This document shows, piece after piece, positions 27,120 through 37,143 of a DNA stretch of 64,000 nt (positions are counted from its first letter, which is position 1; each line of letters starts with the position of its first letter). The DNA lies in the IMG/VR virus record IMGVR_UViG_3300020042_002824; one strand, 5' to 3'. Made by a program: the position numbers and the translations under genes. Below the pieces are notes generated by a model that was not told where the DNA came from, made no database searches, and was given only the letters and a program-made list of their open reading frames with translations. The DNA comes from a virus. Its lineage: Duplodnaviria > Heunggongvirae > Uroviricota > Caudoviricetes.

Positions 27120-29155
27120 ACATACAAACTATAGACTATAAGGATTGGTTCATTAACCAGAAAAGAATCCCTGATAGAAATAGTGAAGAGTGTAAACCTT
27201 TTCATGATTTTCATAAGGAGCTTTGTTTGAATGGTGCAATGATGGGTGGGGTTTATATTAACCCCTTTCTTTATTGGCACCTGAACATCTGGCACACTGA
27301 GGTGGATATAATTGATAGTTATGGGAGGATTGCACAGAAATATGCCAATCCCCTATTGAGAGATAATGAATGGCTTGTGACAAGCGAAATTGACAGAGCT
27401 CAAAAAGATAAAAGAGGCTTAGTCATTCTAGGTATTAGACGTTTTGCCAAGTCAGTTTTAGAAGCATCCTATATAGCATGGGGTGCAACCTTTGATGAAA
27501 ACAGTCAAAATATTATTGCAGGCTTAAATGCCCCAGATATTAAACTGATTACTGATAAGATTGATAAAGGATTGAATTTCATTCCTGAGTATTGGAGGTG
27601 GCAGAGAATTGAGGATAATTGGAAGAACCAAGTGACTCTAGGTATAAAGACCAAGTCTGGTGAACGTATCCCTTTCTCTTCCATTCTAATACGTAACCTT
27701 GATGAAGGTAATAATGAAGAAGCAATTGCAGGTACAAAACCACGTAAATTAATTATAGATGAGATTGGTAAAGGAAATTTCCTTAGAGGTTTACAGGCAG
27801 CTATTCCAGGTTTCACTACACCCTTTGGCTGGGGATGTTCTCCAATTCTCACTGGTACTGGTGGGGACATGAAGAAATTCATGGACGCTAAGTCCTTGAT
27901 GTTTGACGTAGATAACTTTAATTTCCTTACATATAACAATGAGAAAGATGACAAACGCATTCATGGCTTGTTCATCCCAGCAAAGTATAGAATGGAGGCA
28001 AAGGAAGATTCTACACTAGGAGCATACTTAAATGAACCACTGAGTTCAGACCTATATCAGGTGAAGATGCTTGTTAGTAATGAAGAGAAAGCTCTTCAAA
28101 TAACCAATGATAATCTAAACAGACTTAAAAAAGCTGGAGATAGAATAGCCTATTTAAAAGAGAAGATGTACTACCCAATGGAAGTGGATGACATCTTTCT
28201 AAATGAGGATACAAACATCTTTGATATTGAGATAGCTAAGAGACAGAAGAGTAGATTGTTACAACAAGAAAGAACAGGTACACCTATTATATTGTTTAAT
28301 GATGAGGGAACTATAAAGCATGAGTTTACAGACAAGCTCCCTATTACAAACTTCCCTCTGAAAAACTCAGATCAGAAAGATGCACCTGTCGTAATATATG
28401 AATTCCCTATAGACAATCCTCCTTATGGATTGTACGTAGCTGGAGTCGATCCATATAGACAAGGTAAGTCTGCATATTCAAGTTCGCTTGGATCTGTATA
28501 CATATATAAAAGGATGCATGAAATTAGTGGAGAGAAGTATCAGGATATGTTCGTAGCTTCGTATTGTGCAAGACCTGATAAGAAAGAAATATGGGAAGAA
28601 CAAGCTAGACTTCTTATCAAGTATTACAATGCTAGAACCCTATGTGAGAATGATGATATATCCTTTATTGAATATATGAAAGCTAAGGGAGATGCTCACT
28701 ATTTAGAGAAACAACCTGAATGGCTAAAAGAGATTGTACCAAACACCACTGTAAAAAGAGATTATGGTATACATCGTTCAAGTGATAAGATAATTGAGTA
28801 CCTTCACACTTGCTTAAAGAAGTATATGGAGAATGCCATATTCAAAGAGAAGAATGATGCTGGTGAAGTGATTAGAGAAGTATTAGGTGTGAGTAAGATA
28901 TTTGATCCTGTATTGCTAGAAGAGATTATACAATACAATGATTCAGGTAACTTTGATAGAATTATTGCTGCTGAATTAGCCATAGCACAAGCTTTGAAGA
29001 TGGACCCAATAATGGGTAAGATAGGAGGTACATCAGATGAGAGAGTGGCATCTATGTTTAACAAGAGGAAGAATAATATACTTTTCACTGAGGCTAGAGG
29101 AAATATGTTTGGGAGATCAAAAAATAAATATAAACGCAATAAATTGTTTTCATAA
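27116..29155 (+). CDS. terL: terminase large subunit (T4 gp17-like ATPase plus nuclease)
   Basis: Deviant Walker A region LVILGIRRFAKSV, Walker B KLIIDEIGKG, coupling-like TGTGGD, and nuclease-domain acidic residues (LYVAGVDPYRQGKS, CENDDIS). 679 aa, directly precedes the portal-sized gene. Confidence 0.7.
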   Translation: MNIQTIDYKDWFINQKRIPDRNSEECKPFHDFHKELCLNGAMMGGVYINPFLYWHLNIWHTEVDIIDSYGRIAQKYANPLLRDNEWLVTSEIDRAQKDKRGLVILGIRRFAKSVLEASYIAWGATFDENSQNIIAGLNAPDIKLITDKIDKGLNFIPEYWRWQRIEDNWKNQVTLGIKTKSGERIPFSSILIRNLDEGNNEEAIAGTKPRKLIIDEIGKGNFLRGLQAAIPGFTTPFGWGCSPILTGTGGDMKKFMDAKSLMFDVDNFNFLTYNNEKDDKRIHGLFIPAKYRMEAKEDSTLGAYLNEPLSSDLYQVKMLVSNEEKALQITNDNLNRLKKAGDRIAYLKEKMYYPMEVDDIFLNEDTNIFDIEIAKRQKSRLLQQERTGTPIILFNDEGTIKHEFTDKLPITNFPLKNSDQKDAPVVIYEFPIDNPPYGLYVAGVDPYRQGKSAYSSSLGSVYIYKRMHEISGEKYQDMFVASYCARPDKKEIWEEQARLLIKYYNARTLCENDDISFIEYMKAKGDAHYLEKQPEWLKEIVPNTTVKRDYGIHRSSDKIIEYLHTCLKKYMENAIFKEKNDAGEVIREVLGVSKIFDPVLLEEIIQYNDSGNFDRIIAAELAIAQALKMDPIMGKIGGTSDERVASMFNKRKNNILFTEARGNMFGRSKNKYKRNKLFS

Positions 29156-31737
29156 TGGCAATTATAAGATATACGAAAGACGCTACCATAAGGTATGCCT
29201 ATTTAAACATATTCCCAGATCAGTTCAAAACTGATAAGGAAAAACAGGATGAGAGTTGGGTGAAGAACACAATGGATTATTTTGCAAACAAAGCCTATGC
29301 TGAATATGTTAAGAGCAGGGATACGTTTGTAAAGAACTATGATCTTATTAAAGGTATTTTAAGAAGAGAGGATTTTTATCAAGAACCAGAAGTTAGAAGT
29401 TTTACAGATGTACTTACATCAGACTTAGAACTACCTGCCTATGTAAAACACTATTCTATAATGACCACTCCTATCAATGAACTAGTAGGAGAGATCAGCA
29501 AACGACCAGATGCATTTCGTGTCAAAGCATTTGATGATGATAGTAAAGCTGAGGAGTTAGAGTTTAAAACTGAGATGTTAAATAACTACATCATCAGTCA
29601 AGCTAAGATGAAGATACAGGAAAAAGCTATGGCTGAAGGTCAAGAGATTGAAGATGAGGAACTAACTCAAATGACTCTTGAAGAAGTGAAAGATGAATTA
29701 GACTCTTATACATCTACAGCAGAAAAGTGGGCAAACCATATCCTTACATCACAAAAGGTTGAGTTTAATATAAAGGAGAAAGGAGAAGATTCATTCAGAG
29801 ACTTATTAATCTCTGCTAGAGAGTTCTTCCATATATATGAGGACAATTCAAAGCTTGGCTTTAATATAGAAGTGGCTAACCCCAAGAACACTTGGTTCTT
29901 AACCACTCCTGATAGAAAGTGGATTTCTGATCCTACAGGTCGTGCACAAGGAGCGTATGCTGCTGGTATTGTACAAGTTATGGAACTTTCAGAAATCATT
30001 GAAGCCATCCCTGACTTAACTAAAGAAGAGATAGATCACTTACGTAGTTCATTACAAGACTATGGATTGATCAACGTACGTGAATCAAACTTAGGTAATC
30101 CTAATGCAATTCCAGGTAATGACTCTGTACAATATGATACATATGATCCTCTTGTTCTACAAACTAGAATGATCATTGAATCTGAAATGAAAGAGAATAA
30201 TGATGGACTTAAAGACTTCTTGGGACTAACATCAAACGTTAGCTCATTTGGTTATAAGTATGTTGTTGTTAGAGCCTATTGGATCTCCAAGAAAAAGATT
30301 GGTAAGGTTATCTTTTTAGATGAGATGGGCAATGAGCAATCTATGCTTGTTGATGAAAACTATAAGTCTGGAACTATTCCTACACAAGAATCATTAGAGT
30401 GGGGTTGGATCAATCAATGGTATCAAGGTATTAAGATTGGACCAGACATCTACCACATTAAACCATATAAGTTATTACCTTACTGTCCTATCATTGGTCA
30501 AACCTTTGAGGTGAAGAACACAGAAGCTAAGAGCTTAGTGGATATGATGAAACCTTTCCAAGTGATATACAATGTTTGTATGAACCAGCTGTATAAGTTA
30601 CTTGAGAAGGAAGTGGGTAAGGTACAGTTAATGTCTATCAGACATATTCCTATTCCTAAAGATGGAGATGCTCAAGATGCTCTTGATATTTGGGAAATGG
30701 AAGCTCGTAATAGAGGAGTGGTATTTATTGATGATAGTCCAGAGAACTTAAAGAGTCCATCTAGCTTTAACCAATTTACAAGTCTTGACCTCACACGTAC
30801 ACAGGAGATCCAAGCAAGATATACTCTAGCACAACAGATAAAGAATGAGTGTTGGGAACTAATAGGTATGTCAAGACAAAGACTTGGATCTATAACTGCT
30901 AGCGAATCAGCTACAGGTACTAACGCAGCTATTACACAATCTTATGCTCAGACAGAACCTTTGTTTGTGGCACATGAATATATTATGGGTCAGCTTTACC
31001 AAGCCATCATTGATGCAGCTTTGTATGTAGAAGCTAAGAAGCCACAATCAACTATATCTTATATTACTAACGAAGGTGAATCTGCATTTGTATCTGTAAA
31101 TGGTACAGACCTTAGATTCAGAGATTTGAAAGTTTACTTAACTAACAGACCTGAAGATAGAGAAGCATTTAATGAAATCAGAGGATTGTCTCAAGCTGTT
31201 ATTCAGAATGGTGGATCTTTACATGATGTAATTGAGCTTTACAGTACCAACTCAATCAGACAGATGAAGAAGGTATTCAAGACGCTTAAAGAAAGACAAG
31301 AAGAAATACAAAATCAGCAAATACAACAAAAGCAACAAGAACTTGAGCAACAACAACAACTTGGTCAAGCTCAGTTACAATTGCAACAACAACAACAAGC
31401 AGAGAGGATTGCTAATGAAAACTACAATGCTGAGATGGATAGAATCAATAAGAAAGAAATTGCTCTTATTGCAGCAGAGTCTAAAGGTGGTCCATTATCA
31501 GACATTGATGCATCAGGAACACCTGATGTATTGGAAATCAGCAAGTTAGCTCTAGCACAAACCAAAGCCCAAAAAGATTATCAGACTAAGTTGTCTGATA
31601 TTCAAAACAAACATACAATGGCAATGGAAAAACTTAACGTAGAAAAAGAGAAGATTAAAGTGAGCAGAGAGAATCAAGCAAACGATCTGGCCATTGCCAA
31701 GGAAAATGCTAAGGGAAGATCTAAGAAAACTAAATAA
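29155..31737 (+). CDS. portal protein candidate (860 aa) with C-terminal Gln-rich coiled coil
   Basis: Position immediately after terL with a 1-nt overlap (TAATG), and size. C-terminal QQIQQKQQELEQQQQLGQAQLQLQQQQQAER. No motif-level confirmation. Confidence 0.55.
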   Translation: MAIIRYTKDATIRYAYLNIFPDQFKTDKEKQDESWVKNTMDYFANKAYAEYVKSRDTFVKNYDLIKGILRREDFYQEPEVRSFTDVLTSDLELPAYVKHYSIMTTPINELVGEISKRPDAFRVKAFDDDSKAEELEFKTEMLNNYIISQAKMKIQEKAMAEGQEIEDEELTQMTLEEVKDELDSYTSTAEKWANHILTSQKVEFNIKEKGEDSFRDLLISAREFFHIYEDNSKLGFNIEVANPKNTWFLTTPDRKWISDPTGRAQGAYAAGIVQVMELSEIIEAIPDLTKEEIDHLRSSLQDYGLINVRESNLGNPNAIPGNDSVQYDTYDPLVLQTRMIIESEMKENNDGLKDFLGLTSNVSSFGYKYVVVRAYWISKKKIGKVIFLDEMGNEQSMLVDENYKSGTIPTQESLEWGWINQWYQGIKIGPDIYHIKPYKLLPYCPIIGQTFEVKNTEAKSLVDMMKPFQVIYNVCMNQLYKLLEKEVGKVQLMSIRHIPIPKDGDAQDALDIWEMEARNRGVVFIDDSPENLKSPSSFNQFTSLDLTRTQEIQARYTLAQQIKNECWELIGMSRQRLGSITASESATGTNAAITQSYAQTEPLFVAHEYIMGQLYQAIIDAALYVEAKKPQSTISYITNEGESAFVSVNGTDLRFRDLKVYLTNRPEDREAFNEIRGLSQAVIQNGGSLHDVIELYSTNSIRQMKKVFKTLKERQEEIQNQQIQQKQQELEQQQQLGQAQLQLQQQQQAERIANENYNAEMDRINKKEIALIAAESKGGPLSDIDASGTPDVLEISKLALAQTKAQKDYQTKLSDIQNKHTMAMEKLNVEKEKIKVSRENQANDLAIAKENAKGRSKKTK

Positions 31738-31739
31738 TT

Positions 31740-32270
31740 ATGTTTGATAAACTGATTGAAATCCTGTCAAACTGGTGGTACCAGATAATACCTTTTATTA
31801 TAATCAGAGATTATGAAGAGGCTGTGTTGCTTAGGTTTGGTAGATTTCATTCAGTTCTTAAGCCAGGGATACATTTAAAACTTCCCTTCTTTGACGAGGT
31901 GATAGATCAACACGTGGTAGTTACCACCCTAAGTCTAGATGCTCAGTCTTTATATACAAAGGACAAACAGAATATTGTGGTGAAGGGACTTATCAAATAT
32001 AAGATAGCAGACGTCAAGACATTTCTTCTTGAAGTGTATGATGCCCAAGATGCTCTATCAGATATGTCTCAAAGCATAATCAAAAACGTTATTATGTCTA
32101 TGACCTTGGAAGAATGTACAGATACAGAACTTGACAACACTCTTACTAAGAAGGTGAGGGTGGAAGCAAAGAAGTGGGGTGTTGAGGTTCAGCAAGTTAC
32201 ACTTACAGATCTTGCCCCAATTAGAAGCTATAGACTAATAAATGATAATTTTACTAACAAATTAGATTAG
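31740..32270 (+). CDS. SPFH/band-7 (stomatin/prohibitin-like) domain protein
   Basis: EEAVLLRFGRFHSVLKPGIHLKLPFFDEV...TTLSLDAQSLYTKDKQNIVVKGLIKYKIADVKTFL matches the SPFH core (v..rfG.....l.pGlhf..Pf.d.v..vd.r......q...TkD...v.vd..v.y.i.d). Confidence 0.6.
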   Translation: MFDKLIEILSNWWYQIIPFIIIRDYEEAVLLRFGRFHSVLKPGIHLKLPFFDEVIDQHVVVTTLSLDAQSLYTKDKQNIVVKGLIKYKIADVKTFLLEVYDAQDALSDMSQSIIKNVIMSMTLEECTDTELDNTLTKKVRVEAKKWGVEVQQVTLTDLAPIRSYRLINDNFTNKLD

Positions 32271-32390
32271 AGTAAAAAATATTAATGCTATATTATGCTG
32301 AATAATAGCCTATATAGAGCCTTGTCTCTTTGCTATTACATTAACTTAATATACTTTTACACCTTGAAAACCAAATAAATACAACTACAT

Positions 32391-33662
32391 ATGGCTGAAA
32401 ATCTAGATACTCCCCAAATGGGTAACTTTAGTATTCAAGATACTATGGACATGGGTATGGGTAACCAAGAGTTATTAAATGACTTATTGAGCCCTGATAG
32501 TGCAACATCTAATCCTGATGATATTCAGGATATTAAAAATGATCCTGCTCCTATTCCAACTAAGAAAACTACTTCTAAACAACCAGCTGCTTCAGAGCCT
32601 GCTCCAGATGAAGATAAGAAAGATGAACCTGTTAAAGGAATTCAAGACTTCTTATATGGAGAAGATGATGAAGAAGAAGGTGATGAAGATGAACCAGCAC
32701 CAGCAACAGCTAAAAAAACTGCTGCACAAGGTACTGATAATCAAGAAGATAGTGATGAAGAAGGTGAAGAAGAAGGTGCAAACCAATTCACTGCTTTGTC
32801 AAGAGACCTTTTTAAACTAGGTGTTTTCTCTAAAGAAGATGATGAAGAAGAAGATGCAGCAATAGAAACCCCAGAAGCTTTCTTGGAAAAGTTCCAAGCA
32901 GAGAAGAAGAAAGGAGCTATTGAAATTGTAAACAACTTCATTGGTCAATTTGGAGATGATTACCAACAAGCATTTGATGCCATATTTGTAAAAGGTGTAG
33001 ATCCTAAAGACTACTTTGGCACCTACAATCAGATTCAATCTTTTACTGAGATGGATCTTAGCCAAGAAAGTAACCAAGTATCTGTTATAAGACAAGCTCT
33101 TACAGATCAAGGTTTTGAAAAAGAAGATGTAGATACAGAAGTTGAAAGACTTAAAAACTATGGTGACCTTGAGAACGTTGCTACCAAGCACCACAAAGTA
33201 TTAGTAAAGAAAGAATCTGCAAAGCTCCAACAAATGGAGCAACAAAAAGAATCTCAATTACAACAGCAACAGGCTATCAAACAGCAGTATTATCAAAATG
33301 TAAACAATGTTTTACAGGAGAAGATCAAAGCTAAAGAGTTTGATGGCATACCAATTAACCCTAAACTAGCTGGTGAACTACAAGATTTCCTAGTAACAGA
33401 CAAGTACAAAACAAATTCAGGTGAGACTCTCACAGACTTTGATAAAACTATTCTGGAGCTGAAACGTCCTGAGAATCATGCAACAAAAGTAAAGCTTGCG
33501 TTGATCATGAAGATAATGGAGAAAGATCCTACATTATCTACTATTCAAAAGACAGGTATTACCAAAAAGTCAAATGAATTATTTGGTGAGGTTGCCAGAC
33601 AAGCCCAGAAGAGTTCAGTGAAATCTAAACCATCAACTAAACCCAATTCTTGGTTTCAATAA
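32391..33662 (+). CDS. scaffolding-protein candidate (acidic, low complexity, coiled-coil C-terminus)
   Basis: Runs of D/E (DEDKKDEP, EDDEEEGDEDE, DSDEEGEEEG, EDDEEEDAAIE) and a Q-rich helical C-terminal half. Lies between the portal/SPFH genes and the capsid gene. Confidence 0.5.
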   Translation: MAENLDTPQMGNFSIQDTMDMGMGNQELLNDLLSPDSATSNPDDIQDIKNDPAPIPTKKTTSKQPAASEPAPDEDKKDEPVKGIQDFLYGEDDEEEGDEDEPAPATAKKTAAQGTDNQEDSDEEGEEEGANQFTALSRDLFKLGVFSKEDDEEEDAAIETPEAFLEKFQAEKKKGAIEIVNNFIGQFGDDYQQAFDAIFVKGVDPKDYFGTYNQIQSFTEMDLSQESNQVSVIRQALTDQGFEKEDVDTEVERLKNYGDLENVATKHHKVLVKKESAKLQQMEQQKESQLQQQQAIKQQYYQNVNNVLQEKIKAKEFDGIPINPKLAGELQDFLVTDKYKTNSGETLTDFDKTILELKRPENHATKVKLALIMKIMEKDPTLSTIQKTGITKKSNELFGEVARQAQKSSVKSKPSTKPNSWFQ

Positions 33663-33698
33663 CAATTTTATATAACAAAAATTAAAAAAGAATAACAA

Positions 33699-35252
33699 AT
33701 GGCAATTCAAACAATCCCAGGTTTAACTGGTTTTACCTATGCTAGAGTAGCTTCTATGGACAAGCGTGCAGTAGGTAAATTGACTGATGCGAACCACTTG
33801 GAAAGCTTTCACTCAACTGAGCCTGCTGATTATGATAAAAAAATCATCAGTTTGTATACTCAGAGCTCTTTGTACAGTAATGATTTCTTAGACATGATTA
33901 ACAAGTCTACTCCTTACTACATTGACAATAACAGTGATGCTTGGAAGTGGCAAGTACAAGTACCTTACAAGTTTCCAAAAATCATTGACGTTCCAAGTTC
34001 AACACAGGAATTAAACAAGCCTGGTATTGATGGTCAAGAATTTCAATTAGTGATTGACACTAATGAGTTCTCTAAGAACGCAATCATCTCTGTAGGTACT
34101 CGTCAATATGGTCCACGTTTTTACGTAGTAAAAGATCCAGTTCCTTGGAACGTAGGTTTCTTGTACAGTTTCACATTAGTAAGTGACAATCCAACTGTAG
34201 ATTTCGTAAGCTCTACCTTCTTACAAGTTGGTATTGAATTAGAATTAGTTGACGCTGCTATTGGTGAATTTGACCAAGACTTATTAGGTCTTCCTCGTTT
34301 AGGTGAGCAAATCACAATGTTTGAATCTTTGGGTTCTGCATATGGTTATGAGCACAAAATCACTGAGTGGGCTGATGATAAGATGATGAGAGATACTAAA
34401 GGTAATCCATTGGATATCTTAGTATATGCTCCTCAAAGACGTAACCAATTACCTTTAACTCGTAATGATGTTAAGTGGGAACCATTTATTGAGTTCTGGA
34501 TGCGTAAGTCTATGTTAGAATTAAAAGTTAAGCGTATGATCTGGGCTCGTCCTGGAACTGTGAAGACTAATGGCTCTAAGCAAGAATTAAAGCGTACTTC
34601 TGCTGGTGTATATCACAGAATGCGTAACAATGGTAACTTAGTACAATACAATCGTGGTGAGTTTACAGCTAACTTGATTCGTGCTGTATTTGGTGACTTA
34701 TTCTACAGACGTGTGGATGTTAAAGACAGACGTGTTAAAATGTACACTAATGAAGCTGGCTTTGATGTATTCCAACAAGCTTTGAAAACAGATGCTTTAA
34801 ATTCTGGTCTTACTTTTATGGCTGATTCTGGTAATCGCTATTTACAAGGAGAAGGTCAACACATCACTTACAACTTTGCATTCGATGCAATGGTTACACG
34901 TGAAACAGGTCGTGTTGAACTAATTCACTTAAAAGAATTAGACCTTCCTCAAACAAACCTAGAATTTGGACAAAACAAGAAAAGCACACCTGTATTCATG
35001 GTGTTTGATGTATCTCCAATGTCTGATGGTTCTTTAATCAACAACATTCGTGAAGTACGTATGAAGGGTGCTCCTTCTATGACTTGGGGTTATATCGATG
35101 GTACTCGTCACCACTTAGGCTTTGCTAAGTCTCAAGGTATGAGTTCTGCGAACAAATTCCCTGGTTATGAATTATGGATGAAAGATCGTTGTGATGTATT
35201 CATTGAAGATTTGTCTCGTACAGTCTTGATTGAAGAAATACCACAATTCTAA
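33699..35252 (+). CDS. major capsid protein candidate (517 aa)
   Basis: Position after the scaffold-like gene. Marked shift to cgt/ggt/gct/gta codons, a highly-expressed-gene signature. Followed by GC-rich stem-loops. Confidence 0.6.
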   Translation: MAIQTIPGLTGFTYARVASMDKRAVGKLTDANHLESFHSTEPADYDKKIISLYTQSSLYSNDFLDMINKSTPYYIDNNSDAWKWQVQVPYKFPKIIDVPSSTQELNKPGIDGQEFQLVIDTNEFSKNAIISVGTRQYGPRFYVVKDPVPWNVGFLYSFTLVSDNPTVDFVSSTFLQVGIELELVDAAIGEFDQDLLGLPRLGEQITMFESLGSAYGYEHKITEWADDKMMRDTKGNPLDILVYAPQRRNQLPLTRNDVKWEPFIEFWMRKSMLELKVKRMIWARPGTVKTNGSKQELKRTSAGVYHRMRNNGNLVQYNRGEFTANLIRAVFGDLFYRRVDVKDRRVKMYTNEAGFDVFQQALKTDALNSGLTFMADSGNRYLQGEGQHITYNFAFDAMVTRETGRVELIHLKELDLPQTNLEFGQNKKSTPVFMVFDVSPMSDGSLINNIREVRMKGAPSMTWGYIDGTRHHLGFAKSQGMSSANKFPGYELWMKDRCDVFIEDLSRTVLIEEIPQF

Positions 35253-35301
35253 AAATCTAGAGCAAGGTTAGAACTGCGCTCTACAAATACAGAGAAGAAT
35301 T

Positions 35302-35325
35302 CCCCCCCACTCCTCCCAGTGGGGG
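35302..35325 (+). other. GC-rich stem-loop (CCCCCACT cctccc AGTGGGGG) downstream of the capsid gene
   Basis: Read directly. One of three hairpins in the 171-nt intergenic region between the capsid gene and the next structural gene. No T-run follows. Confidence 0.4.
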
Positions 35326-35423
35326 AGTCTTCTCACACAGATGGATGGGTTTGGGCTACATGCCTTACCGCATACCCTTCAATGGGGACCATCTGCAAAT
35401 AAACCAAAAAAAAACAACTACAT

Positions 35424-36389
35424 ATGGGTAAGATAGGAAAAATCTCTACTATTAAGAAAGAGTACAATAATTCACAATTGCAGACAATGCAAGGTGGACT
35501 TGCAATAAAAGGATACACTAGAATTCCTGGTACAGGAGTTTTTAAATATCCTTACAAAGAGTTAGATGGTCAGTACAGAACAGGGTTAGATCCTAAAGCT
35601 GCTTACATCAGAAGAATCTCTGATCCTCTTGAAAGAGAGATGGAGATTGAAAGAGTAACAGAATTAAAACAAAAGCTTGAAGAGGCTTTGAACGTTGATT
35701 TAAATCCTCGTGCTCAATTCTGGAACTATGGCTTATCAACTTCTGTTGATGACTCTCTGCACGTTCAACCAGTTAAATTGTCAGATGGTGATAATTATTA
35801 TGACTTAAGTATGCCATTGCAAGAATTAGCATTCTCATGGTTAAGAGTTCATCCAACAATTGCTTCTAGCTATCAAGCTTGGGAGCGTGGTGAATATCCA
35901 GCAGACGTTCAATATTATGTTGCTGATGATGAGATTGAAAGTAAGGTGATCTTTAAAAAGAAACAACTTATTAATAAAGCAATCATTAAGTTTGATGATA
36001 TGACTCCTGACAAGAAGAAAAAGGTAGCTCGTCTACTTGGTCTTCCAATATCAGATGATTCAAAAGAAGAATCTATATACAATCAGGTGGATAACCTATT
36101 AAAACAAACAGAATTCAAGAATGGCAAATATCAAGGGTTAAGTCCAATTGAGGTGTTTAACAGATTTGCAGACATGAAGGAAAACTTACTCCATATTAAA
36201 GACTTGGTTAAACAAGCAATTGCTCACTCAGTATATAGAGCTAAACCAAATGGTAAGATCTATGAAGGTGAGTTTGAAATAGCTAAGGATGAAGATGATT
36301 TAGTTAAATTCTTAGCAGATGATGATAATCAAGATCAATTATTGATTTTAGAAGGTAAATTAAAAGGTAAAAAAATAGCTGCATTATGA
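35424..36389 (+). CDS. structural-module protein (321 aa)
   Basis: ORF. Shares the conserved 5' leader with the scaffold gene. Confidence 0.5.
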   Translation: MGKIGKISTIKKEYNNSQLQTMQGGLAIKGYTRIPGTGVFKYPYKELDGQYRTGLDPKAAYIRRISDPLEREMEIERVTELKQKLEEALNVDLNPRAQFWNYGLSTSVDDSLHVQPVKLSDGDNYYDLSMPLQELAFSWLRVHPTIASSYQAWERGEYPADVQYYVADDEIESKVIFKKKQLINKAIIKFDDMTPDKKKKVARLLGLPISDDSKEESIYNQVDNLLKQTEFKNGKYQGLSPIEVFNRFADMKENLLHIKDLVKQAIAHSVYRAKPNGKIYEGEFEIAKDEDDLVKFLADDDNQDQLLILEGKLKGKKIAAL

Positions 36390-37117
36390 TCCCTGTAGAT
36401 AGTTTATTATACAAAATTGATCAGAAACTAAATAAACTATCAACAAATGAACATCAACAAATCAACCTAGAAGATAAAATTCTAGCGTTGAATGAAGCTC
36501 AGATAAAACTTATAAAGCAAAAGGTTGATGGTTTTAGTACTGTATCAGGAATGGGTCTAGACTCTTTTAAAAAGCGTTATGAAGACCTACAAAGTCTGGT
36601 GTTGACCTATAACCATCAGCCTCTTAACTTAACTATTAAGAACGCTGAATTAAATCAATGGTCTGCAAACATCCATTTGCTCACTCCTAAATACATGTTC
36701 TACATTGATAGTTATGTATTGGCAGACAAAGGAGTGTGTACAGATAGAAAGATTTGGATCAATAGAGATCTTGCTAAACATGGCGATCTACAGTTTTTTT
36801 TAACTAACACTCACTATAGACCATCCTTTGAATATCAAGAAACGTTCAATTCCTTATCTTCTGATGAAATCTCTATATTTACAGATGGTACTTTTACACC
36901 AACTAATATATATGTTTCATATATGCGTTACCCACAATATATAGATAAAGTTGGGTACGTTAGATTTGATGGCACAAATTCAATAGATTCTCCTTGTGAA
37001 CTAGAAACCTATCTTGAAGATGAGTTACTAGATCTTACAGTACAAAACTTAGCAATGTACACAGAAAATCAATCTGCTGTTCAAAGCTCCATATATAGAA
37101 TACAAACAAACGAGTAA
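36386..37117 (+). CDS. structural-module protein (243 aa)
   Basis: ORF with a 4-nt overlap to the upstream gene. Confidence 0.5.
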   Translation: MIPVDSLLYKIDQKLNKLSTNEHQQINLEDKILALNEAQIKLIKQKVDGFSTVSGMGLDSFKKRYEDLQSLVLTYNHQPLNLTIKNAELNQWSANIHLLTPKYMFYIDSYVLADKGVCTDRKIWINRDLAKHGDLQFFLTNTHYRPSFEYQETFNSLSSDEISIFTDGTFTPTNIYVSYMRYPQYIDKVGYVRFDGTNSIDSPCELETYLEDELLDLTVQNLAMYTENQSAVQSSIYRIQTNE

Positions 37118-37143
37118 TTTTTTACAATTTAAAATAAAACAAA

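Noticed and set aside
27116-29155. Whether the terL gene contains an intein or intron (because of its deviant Walker A)
   Set aside because: The ORF is continuous, and its length (679 aa) is normal for T4-type large terminases. There are no intein splice-junction motifs or HNH/LAGLIDADG insert.
32500-33194. Alternate-frame and antisense ORFs inside the scaffold-like gene (32500..32820 plus; 32741..32941 and 32817..33194 minus)
   Set aside because: Low-complexity K/L/S-rich peptides from a repetitive acidic coding region. The main frame is clearly the coding one.
35333-35518. 61-aa minus-strand ORF across the capsid-downstream spacer
   Set aside because: Overlaps the hairpin-rich intergenic region and the start of gene 35424; no coding signature.
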